From the NCBI RefSeq assembly GCF_035084215.1, contig NC_090338.1, forward strand, positions 8,060,001 to 8,124,000: DNA of 64,000 nucleotides. The letters are read 5' to 3'. The position numbers were made by a program, and so were the translations under genes. Within the stretch, counting starts at the first letter, position 1. Each line of letters begins with the position of its first letter. Below, one piece after another: positions 46,845 to 59,100 of the stretch. Under the pieces are notes generated by a model. That model had not been told where the DNA came from, searched no databases, and saw only the letters and a program-made list of their open reading frames with translations. This stretch comes from Heptranchias perlo (lineage: Eukaryota).

Positions 46845-47165
46845 GCTTCTCCCATCTCTCTGCTGACAAAACATAGTAAACCATCAGTGCGGCAAACTTC
46901 ATATTCAAACCTTTGTTATGATAAACCATAGGTTCACTTTCCACAGTTCTAACAAAACCCATGTTTCGCTCCACGGCGACTCTACGTCAAGGACCCTCCT
47001 CCCTCCCCTACCCCGCCATGCTGCCAAACTTCAGCAGTCCCAAAATAGTGCTGTCAAATCCCCAGTGCTCCCAAATCCCGGGACGGCTCCCAATGCGATT
47101 AAAGCCTAGGGCAGCTCCGGTTCCCACAACCCACATTCTCCCACCCCTATACTGCTAAGTACAAG

Positions 47166-47280
47166 GCAGGTGAAGTTGAACTTTGGCGGAGGCCCAAAAT
47201 GGGCGGTGGAGGTTCGGCCGCCTATTATTCGCCCGCCTGAATTTGCTTTCCATTGACTTCAATGGGGATCGAATTTCAGA
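47166..47280. mobile_element. Partial MITE related to 27243-27427
   Basis: caaaatgggcggt...cccgcctgaatttgctttccattgacttcaatgg. Confidence 0.55.
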
Positions 47281-47787
47281 ACTGAGTCGATCAATATATA
47301 TATAAGGACCGCCCCTTGTAATTACAGTTTTATCAGAATAGTGGACAGAGTTCTAAAATCAATTCTTCAAAGCACCGGTAAAAATCCCAGAATATAATTT
47401 TTTAATGGAATCGGACTTATTTGGTCAGTGGCCTTAATGTCATCTCTTGGGATGGCATAAACACCCCATATTAGCGAAATTCTGATTTGTCTGTAACTGT
47501 CACCGTGGCGCATTTTGTTAAATACTAATTTAACAATAAAAAGACATAAACGATACAACGTGAACACACAAGATTGACAAAGGACAATCATTTTTATTTG
47601 TTCTAAAGCCTTATAAATCAAGTTCAGGCTGTTCAGGGGCAACTTTCACGTGGTTATGTAACGATGAATAGAGGCTAAATTAAACAGTTGTAACAATAAC
47701 ATTTTGGAGCTCACTAATAGTTTTTTAAATTTTGCGAGGCAAATTTGCTAAATGTGCTTTTAGAACATTCTCTATAATTGGAGAATT

Positions 47788-49556
47788 TTTTTTTTATTTA
47801 TTCGTTCATGGGATGTCATGGCAAGGCCAGCATTTATTGCCCATCCCTAATTGCCCTCGAAAAGGTGGTGGTGAGCCGTCTTCTTGAACCGCTGCAGTCC
47901 GTGTGGTGTCGCTTCTCCCACAGTGCTGTTAGGAAGGGAGTTCCAGGATTTTGACCCAGCGACAATGAAGGAACAGCGATATATTTCCAAGTTGGGATGG
48001 TGTGTGACTTGGAGGGGAACGTGCAGGTGGTGTTGCTCCCATGTGCCTGCTGCTCTTGTCCTTCTAGATGGTAGAGGTCGCGGGTTTGGGAGGTGCTGTC
48101 GAAGACGCCTTGGCGAGTTGCTGCAGTGCATCCTGTGGATGGTACACACTGCAGATACAGTGCGCCGGTGGTGAAGGGAGTGAATGTTTAGGGTGGTGGA
48201 TGGGGTGCCAATCAAGCGGGCTGCTTTATCTTGGATGGTGTCGAGCTTCTTGAGTGTTGTTGGAGCTGCACTCATCCAAGCAAGTGGAGAGTAATCCATC
48301 ACACTCCTGACTTGTGCCTTGTAGATGGTGGAAAGGCTTTGGGGAGTCAGGAGGTGAGTCACTCGCCGCAGAATACCCAGCCTCTGACCTGCTCTCATAG
48401 CCACAGTATTTATATGGCTGGTCCAGTTAAGTTTCTGGTCAATGGTGACCCCCAGGATGTTGATGGTGGGGGATTCGGCGATGGTAATGCGGTTGAATGT
48501 CAAGGGGAGGTGGTTAGACTCTCTCTTGTTGGAGATGGTCATTGCCTGGCACTTATCTGGCGCAAATGTTACTTGCCACTTATGAGCCCAAGCCTGGATG
48601 TTGTCCAGGTCTTGCTGCATGCGGGCTCGGACTGCTTCATTATTTGAGGGGTTGCGAATGGAACTGAACACTGTGCAGTCATCAGCGAACATCCGCATTT
48701 CTGACCTTATGATGGAGGGAAGGTCATTGATGAAGCAGCTGAAGATGGTTGGGCCTAGGACACTGCCCTGAGGAACTCCTGCAGCAATGTCCTGGGGCTG
48801 AGATGATTGGCCTCCAACAACCACTACCATCTTCCTTTGGGCTAGGTATGACTCCAGCCACTGGAGAGTTTTCCCCCTGATTCCCATTGACTTCAATTTT
48901 ACTAGGGCTCCTTGGTGCCACACTCAGTCAAATGCTGCCTTGATGTCAAGGGCAGTCACTCTCACCTCACCTCTGGAATTCAGCTCTTTTGTCCATGTTT
49001 GGACCAAGGCTGTAATGAGGTCTGGAGCCGAGTGGTCCTGGTGGAACCCAAACTGAGCATCGGTGAGCAGGTTATTGGTGAGTAAGTGCCGCTTGATAGC
49101 ACTGTCGACGACACCTTCCATCACTTTGCTGATGATTGAGAGTGGACTGATGGGGCGGTAATTGGCCGGATTGGATTTGTCCTGCTTTTTGTGGACAGGA
49201 CATACCTGGGCAATTTTCCACTTTGTCGGGTAGATGCCAGTGTTGTAGCTGTACTGGAACAGCTTGGCTAGAGGCGCAGCTAGTTCTGGAGCACAAGTCT
49301 TCAGCACTACAGCTGGGATGTTTTCCGGGCCCATCGCCTTTGCTATATCCAGTGCACTCAGCCGTTTCTTGATATCACGTGGAGTGAATCGAATTGGCCG
49401 AAGACTGGCTTCCGTGATGGTGGGGATATCGGGAGGAGGCCGAGAAGGATCACCCACTCGGCACTTCTGGCTGAAGATGCTTGCAAACGCTTCAGCCTTG
49501 TCTTTTGCACTCACGTGCTGGACTCCGCCATCATTGAGGATGGGGAATGTAGTTTA
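47788..49556 (-). mobile_element. Young family-B LINE, 5'-truncated, RT frame broken by one stop
   Basis: ORFs 49514-48924 and 48923-47847 are contiguous and in frame; NYRPISPLS, GVPQGSVLGP, FADDCT and WNSLP motifs; poly(T) end; TSD GAGAATT (47781-47787, 49557-49563). Confidence 0.95.
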
Positions 49557-49679
49557 GAGAATTGTGCAGTTTACTTTGCAGATTCATCCACGGTCATTCA
49601 CTATAATTCTGAATTGTAGGACCATCCACCTAATTAGTGGTCACTATGGCTCAGTATCAGACTTTTGCCGCAACGATAC

Positions 49680-50145
49680 AAAAATTATACCAGGAATGGG
49701 GGACTTCAGTTATGTGGAGTGACTAGAGAAGCTTCAATTGTTCTCCTTAGAGCAAAGAAGGTTATGGGGAGATTTAATAGAGTTGTTGAAAATTATGTGG
49801 GTTCTTGGCAGAGTAAATAAGGAGAAACAGTTTCCTCTGGCAGGAGGGTTCGTAACCAGAGGGCACAGATTTAAGATAATAGCAAAAGAACCAGAGAGAG
49901 ATGAAGAGTTTTTTTTATGCAGCGAGTCGTTGTGATCTGGAATGCATTGCCTGCAAGGATTGTGGAAGCAAATTCAATAGTAACTTTCAAAACGGAATTG
50001 GATAAATACTTGATAAGGAAAAAAAATGATGGGCTATGGAGAAGGAGTGGGGGAGTGGGATTTATCAGATAGCTCTTTCAAAGAACCGGAACAGGCACGA
50101 TGGGCCGAATGGTCTCTCTTTGAGCTGTAAGATCCCATGATTCTA
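49680..50145 (+). mobile_element. CR1 3' fragment
   Basis: FSLEQRRLWGDLIE...TRGHRFKI; tail catgattcta. Confidence 0.85.
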
Positions 50146-50780
50146 CAACGTTACTAAAAATTCTTGACCAGACTTTCAGCCACAACATCGGATTATTCAT
50201 GGTAATCATCTCAAAGAAAACGCAAGGTATATGCGCATCTACAACAGTCAATTGTGCTGATATGGGTTCAAATACAAGTAAAAAAATACACTATTTCATG
50301 GACTAATGCTAATTTAGCAACGCTTTCTTTGGCTCTTGCAAATAATGAAAATACAGTTGAAGCCAAGATGGCTCACTGGTTCTAAATTTCGCACTCAGTC
50401 TCACCTACAAGATGTAGGAACAGACTATTATCAATTTCTAAACCTGAACATAAATAAATCAGCCACGTCCACTTGCTAAAGACGCACAATGTGGAAAGTT
50501 AATGGAGAATGCGATGCTGACCTATCTGACCGGAAGAACACTTGACTGCCAGCATGCTACCTTGTTATGTGAAGTTGACCATGGACTGAAAACAGCCTTT
50601 TAATTGTAGATTAACAACATTTGTTCAGAATGCAAAATATAATCACAATTTGCTAATATTTAGTTTCATGTAAAAACACTTTTGAAGAAAGTGAACAAAT
50701 TATGCATAAACGTAATTAAAATCACAGAACTATTCGAAAACTTCAGTATGAGCTAAAATGATTCCCTCAGACTATATATT

Positions 50781-50897
50781 GAATCATAGAATCAGAGAAT
50801 GGTTACAGCACAAAAGGAGGCCATTCGGCCCGTCGAGCTTGTGCTGTAACCTGCAAGAGCAGTCCAGCTAGTCCGACTCCCCCCTCCTTTCCCCGTA
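50781..50897 (-). mobile_element. CR1 3'-tail fragment
   Basis: gaatcatagaatcagagaatggttacagcacaaaaggaggccattcggcc. Confidence 0.75.
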
Positions 50898-51311
50898 ATG
50901 AAAAGTTTATTTTTATACAAATGCACTAACTCCTTACGATTTTTGTCAAATCTATTCAGACCTTGGAGGGCGCTGCCCAACAGTAGGAGGCTTGCTCACC
51001 TGTGCAAGGGTGATCTAATGGTAATCTATAGGTTACATGGTAAACCACAAGTAATACTGAACAATAATAAATCGGACTATACACGTACAGCTATCAGGAT
51101 CACAATAGGAATTTGTGTCTTCGACGTCTATTAATGACATGGAAGATGTTACTGCGAGGAATCTCAGGATTTCTACTGCTATGCTATATTACACCAAATA
51201 CAAATAAGACTGCAAAAGAAACTACTTTTTTATGCGCTTTGGAGGGGATTTTACATTGCGCACTCCTAAACATTCTGGTTCGTTATATTACAAATAATTT
51301 CGAAACAGTTT

Positions 51312-51380
51312 AGCTTTAAGAACAGTTGCTGCAGTTATTGGTTGAAGCACTTCGTGTCGCTGTCTACCAATAAGGAGCTG
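51312..51380 (+). promoter_or_regulatory. CSE (CGCT box) of V5
   Basis: AGCTTTAAGAA...TGCAGTTATTGG...GTGTCGCTGTCTACCAATAAGGAGC; CGCT at 51358-51361, CCAAT at 51367-51371. Confidence 0.85.
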
Positions 51381-51626
51381 AGACGCTGCAAGAGATCGAC
51401 CCCCTCCCCTTCAGGGAAACACAGAACCGAAGCGAAGAGACAGACGGTGCCTGCGTTTTTGCTGTGCGGCCATATTTAGAAAAGCTGCCCAGGTTAAGTC
51501 ATCGCATTTCTCGGTTAAATATTAGTATATAGATATATATTCGAATAATATTTGTGGCATAAGAGATGTGAACATTATCGATTGGTAGCTATTTTGAAAT
51601 GTTACCATAAAATGCAGCCCAGAACA

Positions 51627-54020
51627 ATGGAGAATGTACTGAGGAGCGGGGCGTCTTTTATTTTGCTGCTTTGTGTGTCAGACTTGGTTTCGGGACAAAT
51701 TCGCTACTCGATTCCCGAGGAACTGGATCATGGGACCTTTGTTGGGAATATCGCCGAGGATTTAAGACTCAACGTTTGGGAATTATCGGCCCGCAATTTT
51801 CGGCTGGTGTCCGATGACAGGAAGCAATACATGAAGGTAAATCTGGAGAATGGGATTTTATTTGTCGATGAAAGAATCGACAGAGAAAAAATTTGTAGAC
51901 AAAGCTCTACCTGTTCCCTTTCTTTTCAAATAGCGCTCGATAATCCTTTGGAAATACATGTCGTTGCAGTGGACATATTAGATGTAAATGATAATTCACC
52001 CAGATTTCCGAACAGTGAATTCTCCCTGGAGATCAGTGAGTCAATTGCGCCAGGGGCGCGCTTCCATGTCGAGAGCGCGCAAGATGCGGACGTGGGCACA
52101 AATACAATCAGCACTTATCAGATCAGTCCAAACGAACACTTCGGCCTCAAAGTTCAGACACGAACTGATGGGAGTAAAAGTGCCGAGCTGTTATTAGAGA
52201 AATCCTTGGACCGTGAACAACAGTCAACTTTTCATCTTGTACTGACGGCCGTTGACGGTGGGATCCCGCATAGATCAGGCACAACTCGGATTATCATTAC
52301 TGTAATGGACATCAATGATAACGCGCCCGTATTCGATCAAGAAATCTACAGGGCGAGTGTAGCTGAAAACGCCCCCAAAGGTACCTTGGTCACAAAAATT
52401 AACGCTGCTGATTTAGATGAAGGTACGAATGCTGAGCTGACGTATTCTTTCACAAGTCACGTGTCCCAAAGGATTCGCGAGTTGTTCAAATTGGACCCGG
52501 AAACTGGAGAGATCAAAGTTCAAGGTGTACTGGATTTTGAAGAATCAAGATTTTATGAACTTGATGTACAAGCTGTGGACAATAGTCCACCTGGATTGGC
52601 AGTACACGCCAAAGTTATGGTCGGATTAATAGACACGAATGATAATGCCCCGGAGTTAGAGGTAACCTTGGTTTCTAGCGCGGTGCGGGAAGATGTTCTC
52701 CCAGGGACGGTGATAGCAGTGATCCGTGTGACAGATCCAGATTCTGGCGATTATGGACACGTACAATGTCAGGTTCCAGTGGAACTTCCGTTTAAACTGC
52801 AAAAATCTTTGAGAAACAACTATAAGTTGGTTACCAATGATTTTCTGGATCGTGAAACGGCCCCACTGTATAACATTTACATTTCAGCCTGGGACGGCGG
52901 GTCTCCCCCTCTTTCAACAAACAGAACCGTCTTAGTTTCAGTAACTGATATAAATGACAACGCACCGAAGTTTACACAATCCTTATATAATGTGTATCTG
53001 ATGGAGAACAATACTCCAGGTGTTTCTATATTTGCTGTTACCGCTTTAGATCCAGATTTGGATCAGAATGGGGAAGTCTCCTATTCCATTCTGGAGAATC
53101 AGATGCAAGAAATGTCTGCGTCTGCTTACGTCACTATTAATTCAAGAAATGGGAACATTTACGCGCTGCGCTCCTTTGACTACGAGCAACTGAAACATTT
53201 CAAGATAAAAGTTCAAGCCCAGGATGCTGGATCTCCCCCACTGAGCAGCACTGCCATCGTGAATGCTATTATTTTGGACCAAAATGATAATGCTCCGGTT
53301 ATTGTTTCACCTTTGACATGGAACAGTTCAGCATCAGTGGAGATTGTGCCCCAGTCGGTATATGCAGGATCCTTGGTCGCTAAGGTAATCGCGACTGATG
53401 CAGATTCTGGTCAAAATGCAAGGCTTTCCTATCAACTGTTGGAGGCCACTGATCCCAGTCTGTTTACTGTGGGGCTTCTCTCTGGGGAAATCAGAGCAAC
53501 TCGAAGTGTTAGTGACCAAAACATCATCACAGAAAAACTTGTCCTCTGTGTGAACGACAACGGACAGCCGAGCTTGTCCAGTACGGCCACAATCTTCTTT
53601 TCAATCTTGTCCAATGTTACTGAAAAATCTTCTGGACGAAGTGATGAACCTAGGCAGTCGGAATATTTTTCGGACCTAAATCATTATTTAATCATCATTT
53701 TAGCAACAACCTCCTTTTTGTTTCTTGTGACCATCATTTTTTTGGTCGTCCTGAAGTATGAACAAGACAGAAATATTGCCGAAGACTACAGATCTACAGT
53801 TTGTTGTTACAGACGGAGGAATTCGAATGGTGCCTTTAATCAGAGACCAGCACTACATGAAACTTTCAATTCTGCCGGACCTGTTCAGACTGAAGGTTAC
53901 CGTTATACCGTGTGTTTATCTCCAGAATCATCCAAAAGTGATTTTCTGTTTCTAAAGCCCTGTCATCCAACCTTGCCTTTCAATGAGTTGGGTGTCCGGG
54001 ACACCAACGCAAGAAAATAA
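51627..54020 (+). CDS. Clustered protocadherin variable-type exon V5 (group B), 797 aa from the likely true ATG
   Basis: cccagaacaATGG at 51627 aligns with the V4 start (the ORF track starts 25 codons early). Six cadherin repeats, TM, CLSPESSKSDFLFLKPC and stop TAA. Confidence 0.96.
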   Translation: MENVLRSGASFILLLCVSDLVSGQIRYSIPEELDHGTFVGNIAEDLRLNVWELSARNFRLVSDDRKQYMKVNLENGILFVDERIDREKICRQSSTCSLSFQIALDNPLEIHVVAVDILDVNDNSPRFPNSEFSLEISESIAPGARFHVESAQDADVGTNTISTYQISPNEHFGLKVQTRTDGSKSAELLLEKSLDREQQSTFHLVLTAVDGGIPHRSGTTRIIITVMDINDNAPVFDQEIYRASVAENAPKGTLVTKINAADLDEGTNAELTYSFTSHVSQRIRELFKLDPETGEIKVQGVLDFEESRFYELDVQAVDNSPPGLAVHAKVMVGLIDTNDNAPELEVTLVSSAVREDVLPGTVIAVIRVTDPDSGDYGHVQCQVPVELPFKLQKSLRNNYKLVTNDFLDRETAPLYNIYISAWDGGSPPLSTNRTVLVSVTDINDNAPKFTQSLYNVYLMENNTPGVSIFAVTALDPDLDQNGEVSYSILENQMQEMSASAYVTINSRNGNIYALRSFDYEQLKHFKIKVQAQDAGSPPLSSTAIVNAIILDQNDNAPVIVSPLTWNSSASVEIVPQSVYAGSLVAKVIATDADSGQNARLSYQLLEATDPSLFTVGLLSGEIRATRSVSDQNIITEKLVLCVNDNGQPSLSSTATIFFSILSNVTEKSSGRSDEPRQSEYFSDLNHYLIIILATTSFLFLVTIIFLVVLKYEQDRNIAEDYRSTVCCYRRRNSNGAFNQRPALHETFNSAGPVQTEGYRYTVCLSPESSKSDFLFLKPCHPTLPFNELGVRDTNARK

Positions 54021-55008
54021 TTTGAAACAATTTCTATGCTGGGAATGGCAGATAATTCATTTTGGTGAAGAGCTATTTGTTATGCGATGAATTAATGGGT
54101 AAGTTTTTTGTATATGGCTAAATCCTCACCTTGCTGGTAGAAAGCCTGATCCGCCAAATTGCTTATTTCTGTTCCTTTGACCCCATATATCAGTGATGCT
54201 GAATGTATCTGCCGCTTTTGTGACAGCCCTGAGTAGTATATCCTGCGTTAAGGTCAGAATGAAACCTGGCTTTTACTTGTTTCAGTTTCTGTTTTGATGA
54301 AGTGCGTATCAACGTGTTCCTCTGTTATTCCTCTCTCCACTGCTGTGATGGTATTTTTACGCATGTGTATTAAATTGGTTAGTTTCACAAGGCATAATTT
54401 CAGGGTCTGGGGTACTTTCGCCAGTGACTGTAAAAGGGATGTTTCATAGAACTAAAGCCTTTCTTTGAGTTGCAACGTTGAATTAAAATTATTTGCTTTT
54501 ATCAGTGGATGCAGTGAGAACTTTGACGCTTTTATGAAGTCTGAAACTGTTACATATTTTCCAAAAATAAATTATATAGCAAGTAAATTGAACATGTTAA
54601 AGATAAATACTTTCTCAGCTTCGCTTCAGACTTGATACAAAACATGGATTTATATTATCTATCTTATATTAAGTTGGGTATCTGGGGCGCGCAAAATCTC
54701 ATTATAAGCATTTGCAGTGTCTGCAGTTTCTGTTAATGCTGCTGTGATAGTACTCTCCTAAGGGAAAAGTATCACACTTCCCTGTTACAGCCTGTGTCAC
54801 TCACTGTATAGTGAAAGTGATAGCGTCAGGCTTTCTACAAATTGCTCAAAATGTTTTGGAAATATTTTTTAAGCCTCCATATTCCCCCAGTGACTAAAAG
54901 TTTGAATGGTCTAAAGAAGGATTTAGAACAAATAAATAAAATCTCAAAAATTACATATTTTACAAGCATAGGCTTCAATTTGTCAACTGAATTGTCACCT
55001 TATGCCCT

Positions 55009-55166
55009 CACATTGCTGTTTTTGGGCGCTTGCTCTGCGTAAATTGGCTGCCGCGTTTCGTACATTACAAGAGTGACTACACTTCAAAAGTGCTTCATTG
55101 GCTGTAAAGCGCTTTGGGACGTCGTGAGGACGTGAAAAGCCCTATATACATGCAAGACTTTCTTCC
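55009..55166 (+). mobile_element. Deu-domain SINE (SacSINE1-like) 3' half
   Basis: cattgctgtt..aaattggctgccgcgtttc..gtgactacacttcaaaag..attggctgtaaagcgctttgggacgtc..tatatacatgcaagactttctt; absent from the paralog near 37140. Confidence 0.7.
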
Positions 55167-56179
55167 TTTTTAATGTTTTTACTTGAAGGCCATACCTCGG
55201 CTAAAAGAATAGTTCAGAAATAGGAAGAATCAAACAAGGGGGAAATGCGAGGCAGACTAAGATGGATTTAGATTGCATGTACGTAAATGCACAGAATGTG
55301 GTAAATATGGTTGGTGAGCTGCAAGCACAAGTAGCTGCATAGGATTTTGATATAGTGGCAATAACGGAGATCTGGCTCAAACAAGGGGCGGAATGGGCAC
55401 TTAATATTCAGGCTACAATGTATTCAGGAACGACAGTGAAGGAAAAAAGAAGGGTTTTGGCATTATTGATCGAAGACACTGTTACAGCTCTAGAAAGGGA
55501 TGATGTACTCGAGGGTTCAAATACACAATCTATTTCGTTAGAATTGAGGAACAATAGAGGAGCTGAGGGGTGTATATTATAGGCCACCAAATACTCGGAA
55601 GGAAATAGAGGAGCAAGTGTGCAGGCCCATTGCAGGAACATGCAAGATTTTGAAGTAGGAATAATAGGTAACTTCAATTATCCTAATATAGACAGGGAAA
55701 ATAACAATGTAAAGGGCAAAGAGGGAGAAGAATTCCTGAAATGTATACAAGAGAATTTTCTTGATCATTATGTTTACAGCCCAACGAGGAAGGAGTGCTG
55801 GATCTATTTCTGGGGAATTAATTGGGGCAAGTGGAATATGTTTCAGTGGGAAAGCATTTGGGAAACAGTGATCACAATATCATTAGGTTTAGAGTAGTTA
55901 TGTAAAAGGACAATGAAAAATCAATTGTGAAAATAATCAACTGGAGAATGGCTAATTTCAATGAGTTGAAAATGGATCTGGCCCAGTTAGATTGAAACCA
56001 AAGATTGACAGGTAAATCAGTAAATGAGAAATGGGAGGCCTTCAAAAAGGAAATAGTTTGGGTACAGGCTAGACACAATTCCCACAAGTGGGAAATGAAG
56101 GACATCCAAAGCTAGAGCTCCCTTGATAACTAAATAGAATCACATAGAATTACATAGAGTGTACAGCACAGAAACAGGC

Positions 56180-59100
56180 AATAATCAAAGGTAATAATCT
56201 CTGGATTACTACCTGAGCCACGTGCAAGTTGGCATAGGGTCAAACAGATCAAAGAGTGGTGTAGGAGGCAGGGGTTTCAATTCATGGGGCACTGGCACTA
56301 GTATTGGGAAAAGAGGGAGATGTTCTGTTGAGACGGACTCAACTTAAACGGGGCTGGGACCAGTGTCCTGGTGAATGGAATAACGAGGATGTTACATAGG
56401 GCTTTACACTAAAAAAAGAGGTGGAGGGGGGGTGGATTCAGCTAAGGGTAACTTTATAAATCTAAAGAGAAAAGTCAAGGCCATAGAACAGTGCAATGAT
56501 TTGGGTAAAGATAAGCAGACTGTGTCAGGAAAGGGCAGAGAGTTTAACGTTAATAGTGCATCAGTGAATAAAGTCAAATCAGGGAAAAATAGTACAAAGT
56601 TAAAATTAAAAGGGCTCTATCTGAATGTACAAAGCAATCGTAACAAGATAAACGAATTAATAACACAAATAGAGATAAATTGGTTTGGTCTAGTAGCCAT
56701 TACTGAGACGTGATTGCGATGTGACCAAGGTTGAGAACTAAACATTCCAGGGCACTTGACTTTTCGAAAAGACAGTCAAAATGGAAAAGAAGGGGGTGGG
56801 GGATTGTTGGTGCCCTGATAATAAAGGATGACATGAGGGCAGTAGTGAGAAAGGATCTTGACTCAGAAGATCAGGAAGCACAATCAGCATGGGTGGAGAT
56901 AAGTAATCACAAGGGGTCAAAAACAATGGTGGGAGTAGGTTATAGGCTCCCTAACAGTAGTTATACTGTTGGACAGAGTATTAATCAAGAGGTAAGAGGG
57001 GCTTGTAACAAATGTAATGCAATAATCGTGGGAGACTTTAATCTTCATACAGGCTGGGCAAACCAAATTGGCAAAAGTAGTTTGGAGGATGAGTTCATGG
57101 AATGCATTCAAGACAGTTCCTAGAACAATACGTCACGGAACCAACCAAGGAACAGGCTATTTTAGATCTTCTCTTTTGTAATGGGACTGGGTTAATTAGT
57201 AATGTCATAGTAAGGGATCATCTGGGAAAGAGTGATCATAATATGATAGAATTTCACATTGAGTTTGAGGGTGACGTACTTAAGTCCGAAACTAGTGTCA
57301 TAAACTTACTGCCAGTTACATAACAATGAGGGGCCAGTTGACTAAGGTTGATTGGGAAATTAGATTAAATCATATGATGGTAGATAAGCAATGGTGAGCA
57401 TTTAAATAAATATTTCATATCAACGGATATACATTTCATTGAGGAAAAAAACTCCACGGGAAAGGTGATCTATCCGTGGATAATTAAGGAAGTTAAGGAA
57501 AGTATTAGAGTAAAAGAAGAGGCCTATAACGTTGCCAAGAAGAGTAGTAAGCTTGAGGGTTTGGAGAGTTTTAGAAACCAGCAAAGGATGACCAAAAAAT
57601 TAATGAAGAGGGAGAAAATACAATATGAGAGTAAACTAGCAAAAAATATAAAAACAGATTGTAAGAGGTTCGACAAGTATGTAAACGTGGGTCCCCTAGA
57701 GGCTGAGCCAAGATAAATTATAATGGGGAATAAGGAAATGGAAGATACATGAACCAAATATTTTGTATCTTTTTTTAGTAGAAGACACAAGAAACATACC
57801 AGAAATAGTGGGGAACGAAGGTTGTATTGAGAGTGAGGAACTTATGTGGTTGATATTATTAAAGAAGAAAATACTGGATAAATTAATGGGACTAAAAGCC
57901 GACAGATTGCCTAGAACTGATGGCCTACATCCTAGGGGTCTAAAAGAGGTGGCTGCAGAGACAGTGGATACATTGGTTGTGATCTTCCAAAATTCCCTAT
58001 ATTCTAGAACGGTCCCAGTGGATTGGAAGTTAGGAAATGTAACCCCACTATTCAAGAAAGGAAGAAGAGAGAAAAGAGGGGACTACAGGCTGGTTAGCCT
58101 GATATCAGTAGTCAGGAAAATGCTGGAATCTATTAAGGACGTGGTAACAGGGCACTTAGAAAAGCACAATGTGGTTAGGCAGAGTCAACATGGCTTTATA
58201 AAAGGGAAATCGTGTTTGACAAATCTATTCGAGTTTTTTTGAGAAAGTAACCAGCAGGATAAATAAAGGGGAACCAGTGGATATAGTATATTTGGATTTT
58301 GAAAAGGTGCCACACAAAAGGTTGTTACTCAAGATAAGAGCTCATGGGTTTGTGGTAATATATCGAAAGGTTAATGGAGAGAAAACAGATAGGAATAAAC
58401 GGGGCATTTTCAGGTTGGCAGGCTGTAACTAGTGAGATGCCTCAAGCATCAGTGCGTGGGCCTCAGCTATTTACAATTTATGTTAATGATTTAGATGAAG
58501 GCACAGAGTATAATGTATCCAAGTTTGCTGATAGTACAAAGCTAGGTGGGAAAGTAAGCTGTGAGGAGGGTATAAAGAGTCTGCAAAGGGATATAGATAG
58601 GTTAAGTGAGTGGGCAAGAAGGTGGCAGATGGAGTATAATGTGGGATAATGTAAGGTTATTCACTTTGGTAGGAAGGATGGAAAAACAGAATATTTTTAA
58701 AATGCTGAGAACATAATAAATGTTGGTGTTCAGAGGGATTTGGGTGTCCTTGTACATGAAACACAGAAAGTAATCAGTAAGACAAATGCAAAGGGGCGGA
58801 ATTACAAGAGCAGGGATGTCTTGCTGCAATTGTTCACAGCTTTGGTGAGACCACACCTGGGATACAGTGTGCAGTTTTGGTCTCCTTATCTAAAGAAGGA
58901 TATACTTGCCTTAGAGGCGGTGCAACGAATGTTCACTAGATTGATTGCTTGGATGAGAGGGTTGTCCTATGAGGAGAGATTGAGTCGAATCATCGAATCA
59001 TAGAAAGGTCATTCGGCCCATCGAGTCCGTGCTGGCTCTTTGCATGTGCAATCTAACAAGTCCCACTCGCCCGCCCTATCCCCGTAGCCTTGCAACTTTT

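Noticed and set aside
51552-51626. 25-codon N-terminal extension of V5 in the ORF track
   Set aside because: It begins at a non-ATG codon. Paralog alignment and Kozak context place the start at 51627; the in-frame ATG at 51612 is not conserved in V4.
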